This document shows, piece after piece, positions 1 through 9,060 of a DNA stretch of 64,000 nucleotides. Position 1 is the first letter of the stretch. The number at the start of each line of letters is the position of its first letter. Both the position numbers and the translations under genes were made by a program. The notes below the pieces were generated by a model, which was not told where the DNA came from, made no database searches, and was given only the letters and a program-made list of their open reading frames with translations. Source of the DNA: a virus; the IMG/VR virus record IMGVR_UViG_3300033145_001156, positions 32,001-96,000 of that record; one strand, 5' to 3'.

Positions 1-1100
1 TCAGGTTTGACAAGTTCTCGAAGAAGGATTCGACGGACGGGCTGCCGATCGCCGAGTTGGTGAACTGGGGCGGCGAGGAGCTCATGATAGTCCGATACAA
101 CACGGTTATTCCAGAAGGGAGAGGGCCTTCTGGGAGCGTGAGGGTTGGGGAGTTGTTGTTGTTAATGCGGGCGTTCGGGTGCGATGTGTCCAAGATGCCC
201 AAGCGGATCAACGAGGACACGCTGGCCGATGCCCTGATGGAGGCCGCTCTTCAATTAGAGGGGTGCCAGAACGAGGTCGTCGTTCACGTGACCAAGGAAG
301 GAAGTTGGTTGTCCTGGATCGAAGGGATGGGGTTGCCGCAGGACGAGACGTTTCAGTTCAGGTTGTCCCAGTTCACGACCCTGAACGAAGAAGGTATCCC
401 GTGTCCCAGGGTGCATCCTGCGAGTGAGGATTACGGGAGGGTCTTCTTCGTAAAACTCGAAGTCGTTGGGGGAGAGTTTGATGGCATAGAAGTGCGCTGC
501 ATGGTTCCCTACGCTTACGCGGTTAATGAGAGGGGCGAGCCGACGTTGCCGACATACACAGACCGAAAGACTGGCGAGAAGGTGAAAGCAGTAGGGTATG
601 TGAGGACTGTGAAGTTTGAGAGCCTTTTTCTTGATGATGAGTATGACTGCGAGGATGGCCCGAGCGACAACGTCGTTGCGATAATGGCGAAGCACATTTC
701 CAATAAGACTGCTCTCGGGCGGGTGAACAAGTACGGGGCGGACCTGGACTCCATGATGAAGCCGCCAGAAGGGTCGGTGCCAAAAACCCAGCCCCCTCTA
801 TCAGAAGGGGAAGAAGAGGCCCTGTCGAAGATCGAGCATGATACCATCGGGGATGACCAGCTGCGGGACCTGATGGCAAAGCATGCCACCATGCCGGTGT
901 TCAAGGAAGGCACCTGGGTGTTCACCAAGGATGGGCTGGCATGGGCGAAGGACATCCTTGCTGGGTGGTCGGACAAACACAACCTGCCCAGGAAGTGTAG
1001 CCAATGGAACAAGGCGCAGCGGTCCCTGGTAGTGAAACTGCTGGATGGTGAACTGGCTGGCAGGGAATGGTTCGGAGAGGAAGAAGAAAGTGCCTTCTGA
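1..1100 (+). CDS. Putative ssDNA-binding/recombination protein (DUF669-like), 5'-truncated by window edge
   Basis: Frame is open from position 3 to TGA at 1100. It has a KLEVVGGEFDG motif and an acidic tail ending EEEESAF, like SSB C-termini, and lies in the replication arm. Confidence 0.4.
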   Translation, partial: RFDKFSKKDSTDGLPIAELVNWGGEELMIVRYNTVIPEGRGPSGSVRVGELLLLMRAFGCDVSKMPKRINEDTLADALMEAALQLEGCQNEVVVHVTKEGSWLSWIEGMGLPQDETFQFRLSQFTTLNEEGIPCPRVHPASEDYGRVFFVKLEVVGGEFDGIEVRCMVPYAYAVNERGEPTLPTYTDRKTGEKVKAVGYVRTVKFESLFLDDEYDCEDGPSDNVVAIMAKHISNKTALGRVNKYGADLDSMMKPPEGSVPKTQPPLSEGEEEALSKIEHDTIGDDQLRDLMAKHATMPVFKEGTWVFTKDGLAWAKDILAGWSDKHNLPRKCSQWNKAQRSLVVKLLDGELAGREWFGEEEESAF

Positions 1101-1140
1101 CTTGGGGTTCAGCGAATCGATTTTCAGGGGCAGGAAGAAG

Positions 1141-1386
1141 GTGAAGACGCGGATGGTCGAGCCTGTGCTTGACACCCCGTACAGGCTGGCGCGGTACTGG
1201 CATGACAGCATGTGCGAGGTCGGGGTCGAGCCTCCGTGCGGGCCGGGCGCGATGTGCGCTATGGCGAAGAAGGTTCTCGCGCTGTGGGGGCCGAGGTTGG
1301 CGAAGGCGAAGGTGGATGAGCTGGTCGAGGGGGCGCGCAAGAGAGGTACTTGGGCGTCCCTGAAGCCGTTGCTGAGGGGGAAGTGA
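1141..1386 (+). CDS. Hypothetical protein
   Basis: GTG start after a purine-rich RBS; stop overlaps the next start (GTGA). Confidence 0.5.
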   Translation: MKTRMVEPVLDTPYRLARYWHDSMCEVGVEPPCGPGAMCAMAKKVLALWGPRLAKAKVDELVEGARKRGTWASLKPLLRGK

Positions 1387-1547
1387 TGAAGATATTGCGT
1401 CTAGTAGTGATTAGTGGTCTTGTCGGGTTCGTGGTGATGTATTGCAGCATGGCAGTCTTCCCTCGTCCTTGGGGGTTCATTACCGGGACGTTGGGATGCG
1501 TGGCTGGTGGGTATCTCGTTAGTATATGGAGTGATCGCAAGGAGTGA
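1383..1547 (+). CDS. Small membrane protein (2 hydrophobic segments)
   Basis: Hydrophobic stretches ILRLVVISGLVGFVVMY and WGFITGTLGCVAGGYLV; coupled to the upstream stop. Confidence 0.5.
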   Translation: MMKILRLVVISGLVGFVVMYCSMAVFPRPWGFITGTLGCVAGGYLVSIWSDRKE

Positions 1548-1553
1548 CGAGGA

Positions 1554-1565
1554 CTTTGCGCAAAG
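1554..1565. repeat. Dispersed palindrome CTTTGCGCAAAG (copy upstream of LexA-like gene)
   Basis: ACTTTGCGCAAAGT at 1553-1566, 10 nt before the GTG start at 1576. Confidence 0.9.
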
Positions 1566-1575
1566 TTTGGGGGAA

Positions 1576-1869
1576 GTGATGCTGAGGGCATGGGTATCTG
1601 AGAAGGACAGAGCGGAGATAGGCGACGTCCGGCTGCATCTGCTGGCGTACATCCAGGGGTATGTCGAGGGCCACGGCTATCCCCCGACTGTCAGGGAGAT
1701 CCGTGACGTGTCGGGGTTCGCCTCGACGAACACTGTCCAGTACCACCTGGACAGGTTGGTTGAGATGGGGCTGCTCACGAAGGTTCGCGGGAAGTCGCGG
1801 ACGCTGAGGATCACTGATGAAGCGAGGAAGAGAATTGCGTTCACGTGGGAGGATGATGATGCGAAATGA
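1576..1869 (+). CDS. LexA-type winged-HTH repressor lacking the S24 peptidase domain
   Basis: GYPPTVREI...GFASTNTVQYHLDRLVEMGLL...KSRTL matches the LexA DNA-binding domain; the protein ends at about 97 aa. Confidence 0.85.
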   Translation: MMLRAWVSEKDRAEIGDVRLHLLAYIQGYVEGHGYPPTVREIRDVSGFASTNTVQYHLDRLVEMGLLTKVRGKSRTLRITDEARKRIAFTWEDDDAK

Positions 1870-2019
1870 AGGTTCTGAAGGAGCATGGCTTAGCGCAGCT
1901 GCCCTGTTGGTGGTGTTGTTGGGATTAGGGTTGGAGGCATTGCGACCAGGATTGGGCGTCAATACAGCATTCTTGTTAGGCGCAATAGTAGGTGGCATGT
2001 TTTGCATCGTGATATACGG

Positions 2020-2970
2020 ATGAACCCGTTTGAGGCGGCGAGGGAGAAGGACATCGTGGACGTGATCGGTCGGGATGTGAGGCTGAGGAAGTCCGGCCAC
2101 GTCCACAAGGGGCTGTGCCCGTTCCACGATGACTATGAGCCTTCCCTGGTGGTCTATCAAGACTCATTCTGGTGCTTCGGTTGCGGCGTTGGTGGGTCAG
2201 TTATAGACTACGTGATGTTGCGGGAGCGATGTGGTTCGCTGGAGGCTGCGAGGAAACTGGTTGGCGGGAGCTTTCTCCCCTATGTGCGGCGGCCCGCCAG
2301 ACAGAAAACGATTGCGCCTGCCGTGCCTCGATGGGTTCTTGGATACTGGCACGGAAAGTTGCTGGCGGGCTGCCGCACGTACTTCCATTCGCGAGGGTTC
2401 ACGGACGAGACGATTGACTTGTTACAGTGGGGCTGGGATGGCAGGCGGTTCACGATCCCGGTCTGGGACGGAGTTCCTGGAGAGAGCAGGGTTCACCAGG
2501 TCGCGAGGAGGCGATGCGATGAAGTAGAGATGAGGCAGTTGAGGGAAGAGATGCCTGAGGCCGATGAGCAGACTTTGCGGGAGGCGCTCCCGCAGAAGTA
2601 TTTGAATATCTGGGGATATGGTGGAAATCATCTTTACGGCAAGTGGAGCCTGAAGGGGCCTGTTCTGTACGTGTTCTTTGGGTTGCTGACGGCGGCGATG
2701 GCGATCCAGGACGGACTTCCTGCGTGCAGTCCGAGCAACGGCGTCGGGAGCTGGCAGGATGAGTGGAGTCAGTATTTCCAAGAGGCTGACACGGTATGGG
2801 TTCTCCAGGACAACACGCCGTCCGAGAGGGACGCAACGCACCTGGTCGCGGCCAGCATCGGGGGTCATGCAAGGGTCGTGGTGACTCCTGGAGAAGGAGA
2901 CTATGCAGACTACAAAGTGGGTGGGGGTACTGTCAAGGAGTTCTTGGAGTACATAGAAAAGGAGAATTGA
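2020..2970 (+). CDS. DNA primase-like protein (CHC2 zinc finger plus degenerate Toprim)
   Basis: GLCPFHDDYEPS...FWCFGCGVGGSVIDYV CHC2 motif; C-terminal VLQDN...GDYADY Toprim-like region. Confidence 0.8.
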   Translation: MNPFEAAREKDIVDVIGRDVRLRKSGHVHKGLCPFHDDYEPSLVVYQDSFWCFGCGVGGSVIDYVMLRERCGSLEAARKLVGGSFLPYVRRPARQKTIAPAVPRWVLGYWHGKLLAGCRTYFHSRGFTDETIDLLQWGWDGRRFTIPVWDGVPGESRVHQVARRRCDEVEMRQLREEMPEADEQTLREALPQKYLNIWGYGGNHLYGKWSLKGPVLYVFFGLLTAAMAIQDGLPACSPSNGVGSWQDEWSQYFQEADTVWVLQDNTPSERDATHLVAASIGGHARVVVTPGEGDYADYKVGGGTVKEFLEYIEKEN

Positions 2971-2971
2971 C

Positions 2972-3577
2972 GTGGGGATAAGTCCAGCAGCATTGATGGC
3001 GTTGTTGAAAGGTGATTTTGAGAATGCGATAGTGGCCTCGACGCCAGGGGGCATTGAGGCTCAGGAGGCGGCAGGGCAGAAGAGCTTCGTGGCTGATACT
3101 ACTTTGCCCATCAAGTGTGATTATTGCACTCGGGAGCAGTTGGAGCAGATGGGGATAGTGTTTGGCGAACCCGTGGATGACTTGTTCGTAGAGGTGCAAT
3201 TACCCGAGGGGCGGAAGAAGGTTGCCACCTCGCATTCGATGCATTCTGATTTGTTGGATGACAGGGGGCGCAAGCGGGCGGGCATCTACTACAAAGCGGC
3301 CTTCTATGATCGCAGAGCAGGTATAAGTTTGGAGCATCGGTTTCATGTCTTTTCGGAACCCGTTGGTGGTTGGTCTGGGTATGACAGGCACACAACGCCA
3401 TTTATTGTGGTGATAAGAGACTGTGGTGAGATTGTGTGGGAGGCAGAGGTAGTTGGCCCCGTAGCTGAGGAGTATTCGGAAGGGGGCGTGTTTGAAAAGA
3501 AGTGGAAGATTGTGGCCAGACATTGGCTGGATGAGTACTATCCTGATTGGGAGAACCCATTAGCACATTGGGATTAG
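2972..3577 (+). CDS. Hypothetical phage protein
   Basis: 201-aa ORF with AGGAG RBS, adjacent to the primase. Confidence 0.7.
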   Translation: MGISPAALMALLKGDFENAIVASTPGGIEAQEAAGQKSFVADTTLPIKCDYCTREQLEQMGIVFGEPVDDLFVEVQLPEGRKKVATSHSMHSDLLDDRGRKRAGIYYKAAFYDRRAGISLEHRFHVFSEPVGGWSGYDRHTTPFIVVIRDCGEIVWEAEVVGPVAEEYSEGGVFEKKWKIVARHWLDEYYPDWENPLAHWD

Positions 3578-3579
3578 GA

Positions 3580-3591
3580 CTTTGCGCAAAG
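3580..3591. repeat. Palindrome CTTTGCGCAAAG copy
   Basis: Immediately after the TAG at 3575-3577. Confidence 0.9.
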
Positions 3592-3608
3592 CGCATGAAA
3601 GGGAGTTG

Positions 3609-3947
3609 ATGATGGAGTCCTTGGAGAAGAGGCAGTTGAGGATTTTGTTCTCAGCGGTTAGAAGGGCTTATGAGATGCTAACGACTGGCGGCGACATAGA
3701 TCGGATCGGGGCAGCAGCAAAGATTCTCCGCGAGGCGAACGAGGCCGTGATGCGGGAGGAAGAGTGGGTAACTCTAGGTGACCTTGAGAGTGGGTCTTTG
3801 TTTACAAAGGTTGACGGTGGATTATATCTCAAGAGAGCTGCCTTTAAAGACTATGCATATCCTTGTGTTGGGGTCGGTGATGGTGTTACGCATTACTTCG
3901 CACCCTCCATCGTAGTCCGTAAAATCCAGGCTCCGACAATAGATTGA
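3609..3947 (+). CDS. Hypothetical protein
   Basis: ORF with GGGAG RBS. Confidence 0.55.
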   Translation: MMESLEKRQLRILFSAVRRAYEMLTTGGDIDRIGAAAKILREANEAVMREEEWVTLGDLESGSLFTKVDGGLYLKRAAFKDYAYPCVGVGDGVTHYFAPSIVVRKIQAPTID

Positions 3948-3995
3948 TTAGAGGAGGAATGATGAACGCGTTCAAGACTGAGGGGATGGTGAATA

Positions 3996-4898
3996 GTGAA
4001 GATAAGTTCTATCGGCTGGTGTGACTACTCAGGAGGAAGCCTAAATATAGTGGTTCGCGGTTCTGCCAAGGGAGATTGTGAGTGTGGTCCTGGCTGTACG
4101 AATTGTTATGTCAAGGCTTTTGACAACAGGTTTCATTTCCTGCCCGAGAGGACGATGTGGTATCCTGATAAGCTGAAGAAGCTGGCGACGATGAGGTTCC
4201 CCGAGTTCAGCCCGAAGCGGGGTGCGCCTCACAGGCCGATGTGCTTCGTGGCCGATACTGGAGACCTGTTTCATGAAGATGTACCAGACTTGTTTCTGAT
4301 GCACGTATTTGATGTGCTCCGTGGTAGGCCAAATGTCATTTGGCAGATACTCACGAAGCGCCCGCGCCGCATGGGGGACATCATAACAAGGTATTGTAGA
4401 GACCGTGCTAACATAGCAAGATTGCGAGACAGCATTTGGTTGGGCGTCTCTATCTCCAACCAGCGCACTGCCGACGAGCGAATCCCGATCTTGCTAGACA
4501 TACCGCCAGCGGCGAGGTGGGTTAGTATAGAGCCAATGTTGTCAGCGATGGACATCTTGCACTATCTGGACGGATGCCCTGAGCCTTGCGGCGGCGGTCA
4601 TCTGGGTTACGTCTCACATGACATGGCTATTGATGCAGAGTGCCCAGAATGGGAAGGCGCGAGCCTTGGCTACCAAGAGCCAGAATGGGTACAGACAGCC
4701 CCATGCCTGGACTGGGTGGTATTAGGCGCAGAGAGCGGTTCGAATCGGCGGCCTTTCAAAGTGGAGTGGGCTGCTGATATTAAGCAACAATGCGATGCAG
4801 CTGGTGTGGCCTTTTTCGGAAAACAGGACAGTGGATTGCATCCAGGCAAGCCGCTGTTGGTGGACGGGAGAGAATGGAAAGAATGGCCAAAGATATAG
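3996..4898 (+). CDS. DUF5131 / phage Gp37-Gp68 family protein
   Basis: IGWCDYS, CxxGCxNCY, DLFHE, WQILTKRP, WLGVS, VSIEP, DWVVLGAESG and FFGKQ motifs. Confidence 0.9.
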   Translation: MKISSIGWCDYSGGSLNIVVRGSAKGDCECGPGCTNCYVKAFDNRFHFLPERTMWYPDKLKKLATMRFPEFSPKRGAPHRPMCFVADTGDLFHEDVPDLFLMHVFDVLRGRPNVIWQILTKRPRRMGDIITRYCRDRANIARLRDSIWLGVSISNQRTADERIPILLDIPPAARWVSIEPMLSAMDILHYLDGCPEPCGGGHLGYVSHDMAIDAECPEWEGASLGYQEPEWVQTAPCLDWVVLGAESGSNRRPFKVEWAADIKQQCDAAGVAFFGKQDSGLHPGKPLLVDGREWKEWPKI

Positions 4899-5278
4899 AT
4901 ACATCTAGCTCATTCAAATTAGATATATATGTCTCTCCATTTCTTCCGATATATTTTCCAGCCAAGAATGAGGGAGAACTAGATTCAGTATTGCATCAAG
5001 TACAATTACCAAATAACCGTGTAGTTGTTAGCGAAGAGCTAATGGAAGAGATAAAAAGAACAGTGATGGGTGAAAAGATAGACTATGACATGGCATGTAC
5101 TTACATAGAATCACTAACAGACGCTAGGCCCAATTCACTTGACGAGGCAGAGTTAGAAGTCTTTGCCCTAGCGGTTGATGAGTATGAACAGATTCATTAC
5201 CCTATTGATTTGCCTAATCCTATTGAGGCAATTAAGTTTCGTAAAGAACAGGAGCAAATAGATGAGTGCCAACCGTGA
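4884..5278 (+). CDS. Protein ending in a HigA-antitoxin N-terminal-like domain (no HTH)
   Basis: YDMACTYIESL...ELEVFALAVDEYEQIHYPIDLPNPIEAIKFRKEQ resembles the HigA N-domain. Start is uncertain (4884 or 5066). Confidence 0.6.
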
Positions 5279-5425
5279 TATAGACGGCAAACTCAAGCAG
5301 AAGTTTGGTGACACTGAGCCACACGTTGGTGATTGGAAGCCTAAGAAGCCTAGGTTAGTCATTGGATGTCTATTGCCAGTGCTGATATTGGCTAGTATAA
5401 TCCTTAGTATATTGTGGATGCTATA

Positions 5426-6235
5426 ATGGCTGAGATATCTATCTTGATGAATGGGGTTGGCGTAAGGGCAACATTGAATAAGCGCAAGACTCAGACTCGT
5501 AGACTTATCTTACCTCAACCTACTGGTAAAAACCTAGAGATATTAGAGCGTAGTTATGGTGGTGATTGTGATATTGATAACTATTATCAAGCATTAACCG
5601 CAGATGATATGGGTTACGAATCCACTACGTTACGTTGTCCGTTTGGGGGTTATGGAGACTTTCTCTACGTTCGGGAGACTTGGTGCAAGGTGCTGACAGA
5701 AGTCCATTACACGGGAGAAGGTCATGGGGGTGATAGTGATCTTTGCTGTGGGTATAGAGCTACGATGACTTACACGTGTGGGAAGCCCATGCCTGAGAAC
5801 CCGTTTCGCAAGTGGAAGCCTTCTATTCACATGCCGAAGAAACGTGTTAGGCTGTGGTTAGTTAATGAAGGAACTGGGGTTGAGCAAGTTCAGGATATTA
5901 GTAAGGCTGATGCAATTGCAGAGGGAATACAGTGGAGCAAAGCATTTCCAGAAGGTTATACAATAGACGCCTCAGAAGACTTGGATGGCTCTATGGTTGG
6001 TGGTAATTATGAGATTTGCTCTTATGATGCTATACAGTGTTTTAGTAAGCTATGGGATTCAATCTATGCTAATCCTCGTCCGGTGCGCATCAAGGGTGTG
6101 ATTGACCATTATGTAAGTTATCCCTGGGATGATATTCGGGAGGTCAGTGAGCATCGGGGTAAGCTATGGTTCATAATAGGTAACGCATGGTTGTGGAAAC
6201 TAAGATATAGAATTAGAGAGAATAGTAATAAGTAG
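5426..6235 (+). CDS. ASCH/PUA-like phage protein (RKTQTRR ... PSIHMP family)
   Basis: ILMNG..VRATL..RKTQTRR, GDFLYVRETW, WKPSIHMPK and VQDISKADAIAEG motifs. Confidence 0.75.
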   Translation: MAEISILMNGVGVRATLNKRKTQTRRLILPQPTGKNLEILERSYGGDCDIDNYYQALTADDMGYESTTLRCPFGGYGDFLYVRETWCKVLTEVHYTGEGHGGDSDLCCGYRATMTYTCGKPMPENPFRKWKPSIHMPKKRVRLWLVNEGTGVEQVQDISKADAIAEGIQWSKAFPEGYTIDASEDLDGSMVGGNYEICSYDAIQCFSKLWDSIYANPRPVRIKGVIDHYVSYPWDDIREVSEHRGKLWFIIGNAWLWKLRYRIRENSNK

Positions 6236-6247
6236 GGAGAAATAAAT

Positions 6248-6484
6248 ATGAGTAGACAGTACAAGCGCGTATGTGACAATTGCCTAGACGAAATGATAGA
6301 GATGTGGGGTTGGTGGCGGGTTGAGAGAGTGAGGCGATATCCCTCTCCAGAGGTAAGTCATGCTTATTTGACTGAACCCAGAATAGAATGGGATTTCTGT
6401 AGTCAAGAGTGCATGGTAGAAAAAGTACGAGAATGGACAGAGGAACAGGCAAAGCTAGCGCGGCTGAGAGCAAGTGGTGATTAA
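6248..6484 (+). CDS. Small Cys-rich hypothetical protein
   Basis: CDNC...FCSQEC; GGGAG RBS. Confidence 0.55.
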   Translation: MSRQYKRVCDNCLDEMIEMWGWWRVERVRRYPSPEVSHAYLTEPRIEWDFCSQECMVEKVREWTEEQAKLARLRASGD

Positions 6485-6641
6485 GACAGAGACTGACTAT
6501 CTCAACGCCCTGTCAATGGCTGAGGCATGGATGGATGCCGAGCCTGGGTCAAAAGAGGAAGACATGCTGAGACTATTAGTGGAAGACATTATCGCATATG
6601 AGGAGGTTCACTATCCGATGGGGGAAGATGATGAAGCTTGA
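6477..6641 (+). CDS. 54-aa HigA N-domain-like mini-protein (absent from the ORF track)
   Basis: Manual translation: VIKTETDYLNALSMAEAWMDAEPGSKEEDMLRLLVEDIIAYEEVHYPMGEDDEA; overlaps neighbouring genes at both ends. Confidence 0.65.
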   Translation: MIKTETDYLNALSMAEAWMDAEPGSKEEDMLRLLVEDIIAYEEVHYPMGEDDEA

Positions 6642-6820
6642 GCATAAACCGCCAGAAACAGAAGAAGAGATAGACACTTATCTTCGACTACATGGCTATG
6701 ATCCGAGGGAAGTCGCTAGGTGGGGTAAAGAGATAGCGACGTTAGCGATGTTAAACGTGCAGGTAGCAAGAGTAAGGAAGCTCCTAGAGTGGCTGTTGGG
6801 AGAAAAGCGAGTGGAGGAAG

Positions 6821-7195
6821 ATGATGGAGATTGAGCGGATGCGACGGATATTGGCAGAACGGTGCATGGGCTGGCACAAAATGGAGATGGAACTTGAACT
6901 TGGTGCACGAGCGATATATTGGGTGGACGCAAGTGGCGAGGCTAGGGCTAGCGTGTCACGCTGGAAGCCTGATCAAAAGTGGCAAGACTGCTTACTTACC
7001 ATTGAGGAAATGCGGAAGGCAGGATGGAAGGATGACCTAGCATGGCTTCCTGACGGTACATTTCGGGTACGTTTCAATCGTGGCGATGCATGGGGCGAGT
7101 CATGCAATGTGGTAGATGGTGAATTGTCAGAGCCACACGCTCGTATGCTTGCCGCCGCCCGCGCCCTGGAATCGGAGAATACTGATGGACACTAA
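6821..7195 (+). CDS. Phage ABA-sandwich-like protein, paralog 1
   Basis: LAERCMGW...WKPD...IEEMR..GW...ARMLAAARAL. Confidence 0.55.
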   Translation: MMEIERMRRILAERCMGWHKMEMELELGARAIYWVDASGEARASVSRWKPDQKWQDCLLTIEEMRKAGWKDDLAWLPDGTFRVRFNRGDAWGESCNVVDGELSEPHARMLAAARALESENTDGH

Positions 7196-7541
7196 GCAGA
7201 TGCGGGAGACGCTTGCGACTAGGGCGATGGGTTGGGTATGGAATGAGTTCGAGGGGTTGGAGATGTGGGGAATCCTGAGCCACGGGGGGATAAAATTGGA
7301 GTGCTGGCTTGATGATTGGGAGCCAGATAAGAACGGTAAGCAGATGATGGATGTTATCGAGAAGATGCGGGAGAAGGGGTGGCGCTGCGTCGTGAACGAT
7401 GCTCTCTACCCGACTATCACGGCGGTCTGGTGGCGCAAGGACAATATATTCTGCCAGTTCGACGCCAAGGGTGAATCGGAATGCGAAGCTCGTATGTTGG
7501 CCGCAGCTCGTGCCCTGGGGATGGAGGATAGTAATGGCTGA
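7185..7541 (+). CDS. Phage ABA-sandwich-like protein, paralog 2
   Basis: LATRAMGW...WEPD...IEKMREKGW...ARMLAAARAL; a tandem paralog of 6821..7195. Confidence 0.55.
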   Translation: MDTKQMRETLATRAMGWVWNEFEGLEMWGILSHGGIKLECWLDDWEPDKNGKQMMDVIEKMREKGWRCVVNDALYPTITAVWWRKDNIFCQFDAKGESECEARMLAAARALGMEDSNG

Positions 7542-7697
7542 ACAAATAAACTGTCCGCGGTGCTTATCTATTCAAGTACAATCGTGGTGGGGATGTTGGC
7601 GCTGCATGGATTGCGGGCACAAGTGGTGGCGATTCGCGGGATTCAAGAAGATACACATGGGAATCTCAACGGTGGGCAGATGGGAGTCGGGGGAATA

Positions 7698-8128
7698 ATG
7701 GATGAGCATGTTCAGCAGGGTGGGTTGCGCGGTGAAAAGGTTCAGTACCCAGATGGCGTTGGTTGCTGTGTTTGGTATCCCTGGGAAGATGACACAGACA
7801 CAGGATTGTGTTTTGACTTCCCTGAAGAAGACATAGATGATTTGATAGTACTACTTCAGAAGCTCAAGGTAGTAGAAGCCAGGACATATAAGGAGGAAGA
7901 ATGATGAGCATTGATCTGCCGAATGGTTCTGTGATAGGTAGTAATTATTATGTGCAGGGCCGGTTGCGCGGAGAGAGGGTTCATGGCGGGTATCGTGTTT
8001 GGCGTCCATTTGAGGATGATCCGTGGGTGTTTGTACATTGTGATTTTTCAATGAAGGACTTGGATGATTTGATAACCCTTTGTCAAGTATTTAAGAATAT
8101 GGAAAAGGAGGAGCGGGAGTGTCAGTAA
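7698..8128 (+). CDS. Two small related hypothetical genes (7698..7904 and 7901..8128)
   Basis: Both contain LRGE[KR]V, W.P[WF]EDD and DF...D[IL]DDLI.L. Confidence 0.5.
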
Positions 8129-8373
8129 AATTGCAGGAAGTACGATATGGTACGAATGATATTGGTGTTGCCATAGAAATCAGGGAGGCCCAAAATGGGG
8201 GACTTGTACCCAGAATGATCATTAGAACTTACGGAACCCTGGAGGATGACAATACAGGAGTATTGAAGTTAAGCCTAGATTCTTGGGATGTTGTGAAGGC
8301 TGTTGGCAATGAGGTGTTTGCCGCATGGCAGATGCTTGACAAGTGATTTACGGGGAGACGGGAAGGAGGAAGA

Positions 8374-8793
8374 GTGATGAGCGCTGATCTGCACATTCAC
8401 GTGTACGAGGGGTTGACGAAGGATGACCTGAGAAGGTTTTTCAGTCACACGATGGGGTCGAAGTGGTTCACACTAAGTAATTTGTGGACTCCGGAGGAGC
8501 ACCAGGAGAGTTCCAACAAGATGATGGATAGTCCTGACGTCTGGGTGGGCAGCGTTTCATGGCTCAAGGCGGCACTTCTTGAGGACGGGGACAAGTACAT
8601 CCCGTCACCCGTCATGAAAGTGAGTGAGATCGTCGGGGAGGATCTGCCCGTGGTAGATGATGTATTGATCGGGCGGATCAAGGAAGCGCTGGCGCTGGAG
8701 AACACGACGGGTTACAATGTGGCGTCGCCGGAGACGGTTGTTGCGTTTCTGGAGGAGCATCGCGGGAAGCGGGTCTTCACGATCAGTTGGTAG
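8374..8793 (+). CDS. Hypothetical phage protein
   Basis: 139-aa ORF with GGAGG RBS. Confidence 0.6.
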   Translation: MMSADLHIHVYEGLTKDDLRRFFSHTMGSKWFTLSNLWTPEEHQESSNKMMDSPDVWVGSVSWLKAALLEDGDKYIPSPVMKVSEIVGEDLPVVDDVLIGRIKEALALENTTGYNVASPETVVAFLEEHRGKRVFTISW

Positions 8794-9060
8794 GGAGGTG
8801 TCTGTGAGAGTGCGGGATTTGCGAGGTCTTGATGGATTGGGTGTGCTAGTTAAGAGAAGCTCTAAGCTCAAGAATGTCGAGCGGGATTTCCAAGAGCAGT
8901 TGGCAGAGGCGGTCGAGAAGTTCAGGGAGAAGATGGGAGAAGAACCTAACACCATCCTGCTGGGGGTCCAGTTCGCTAGCTACGAGACGGGGATGGAGAC
9001 GCTGGTGAGTAAAGATGCCCCATTTTCAGGGTTCATTCTCTATAATATCCCTGACGTCCC

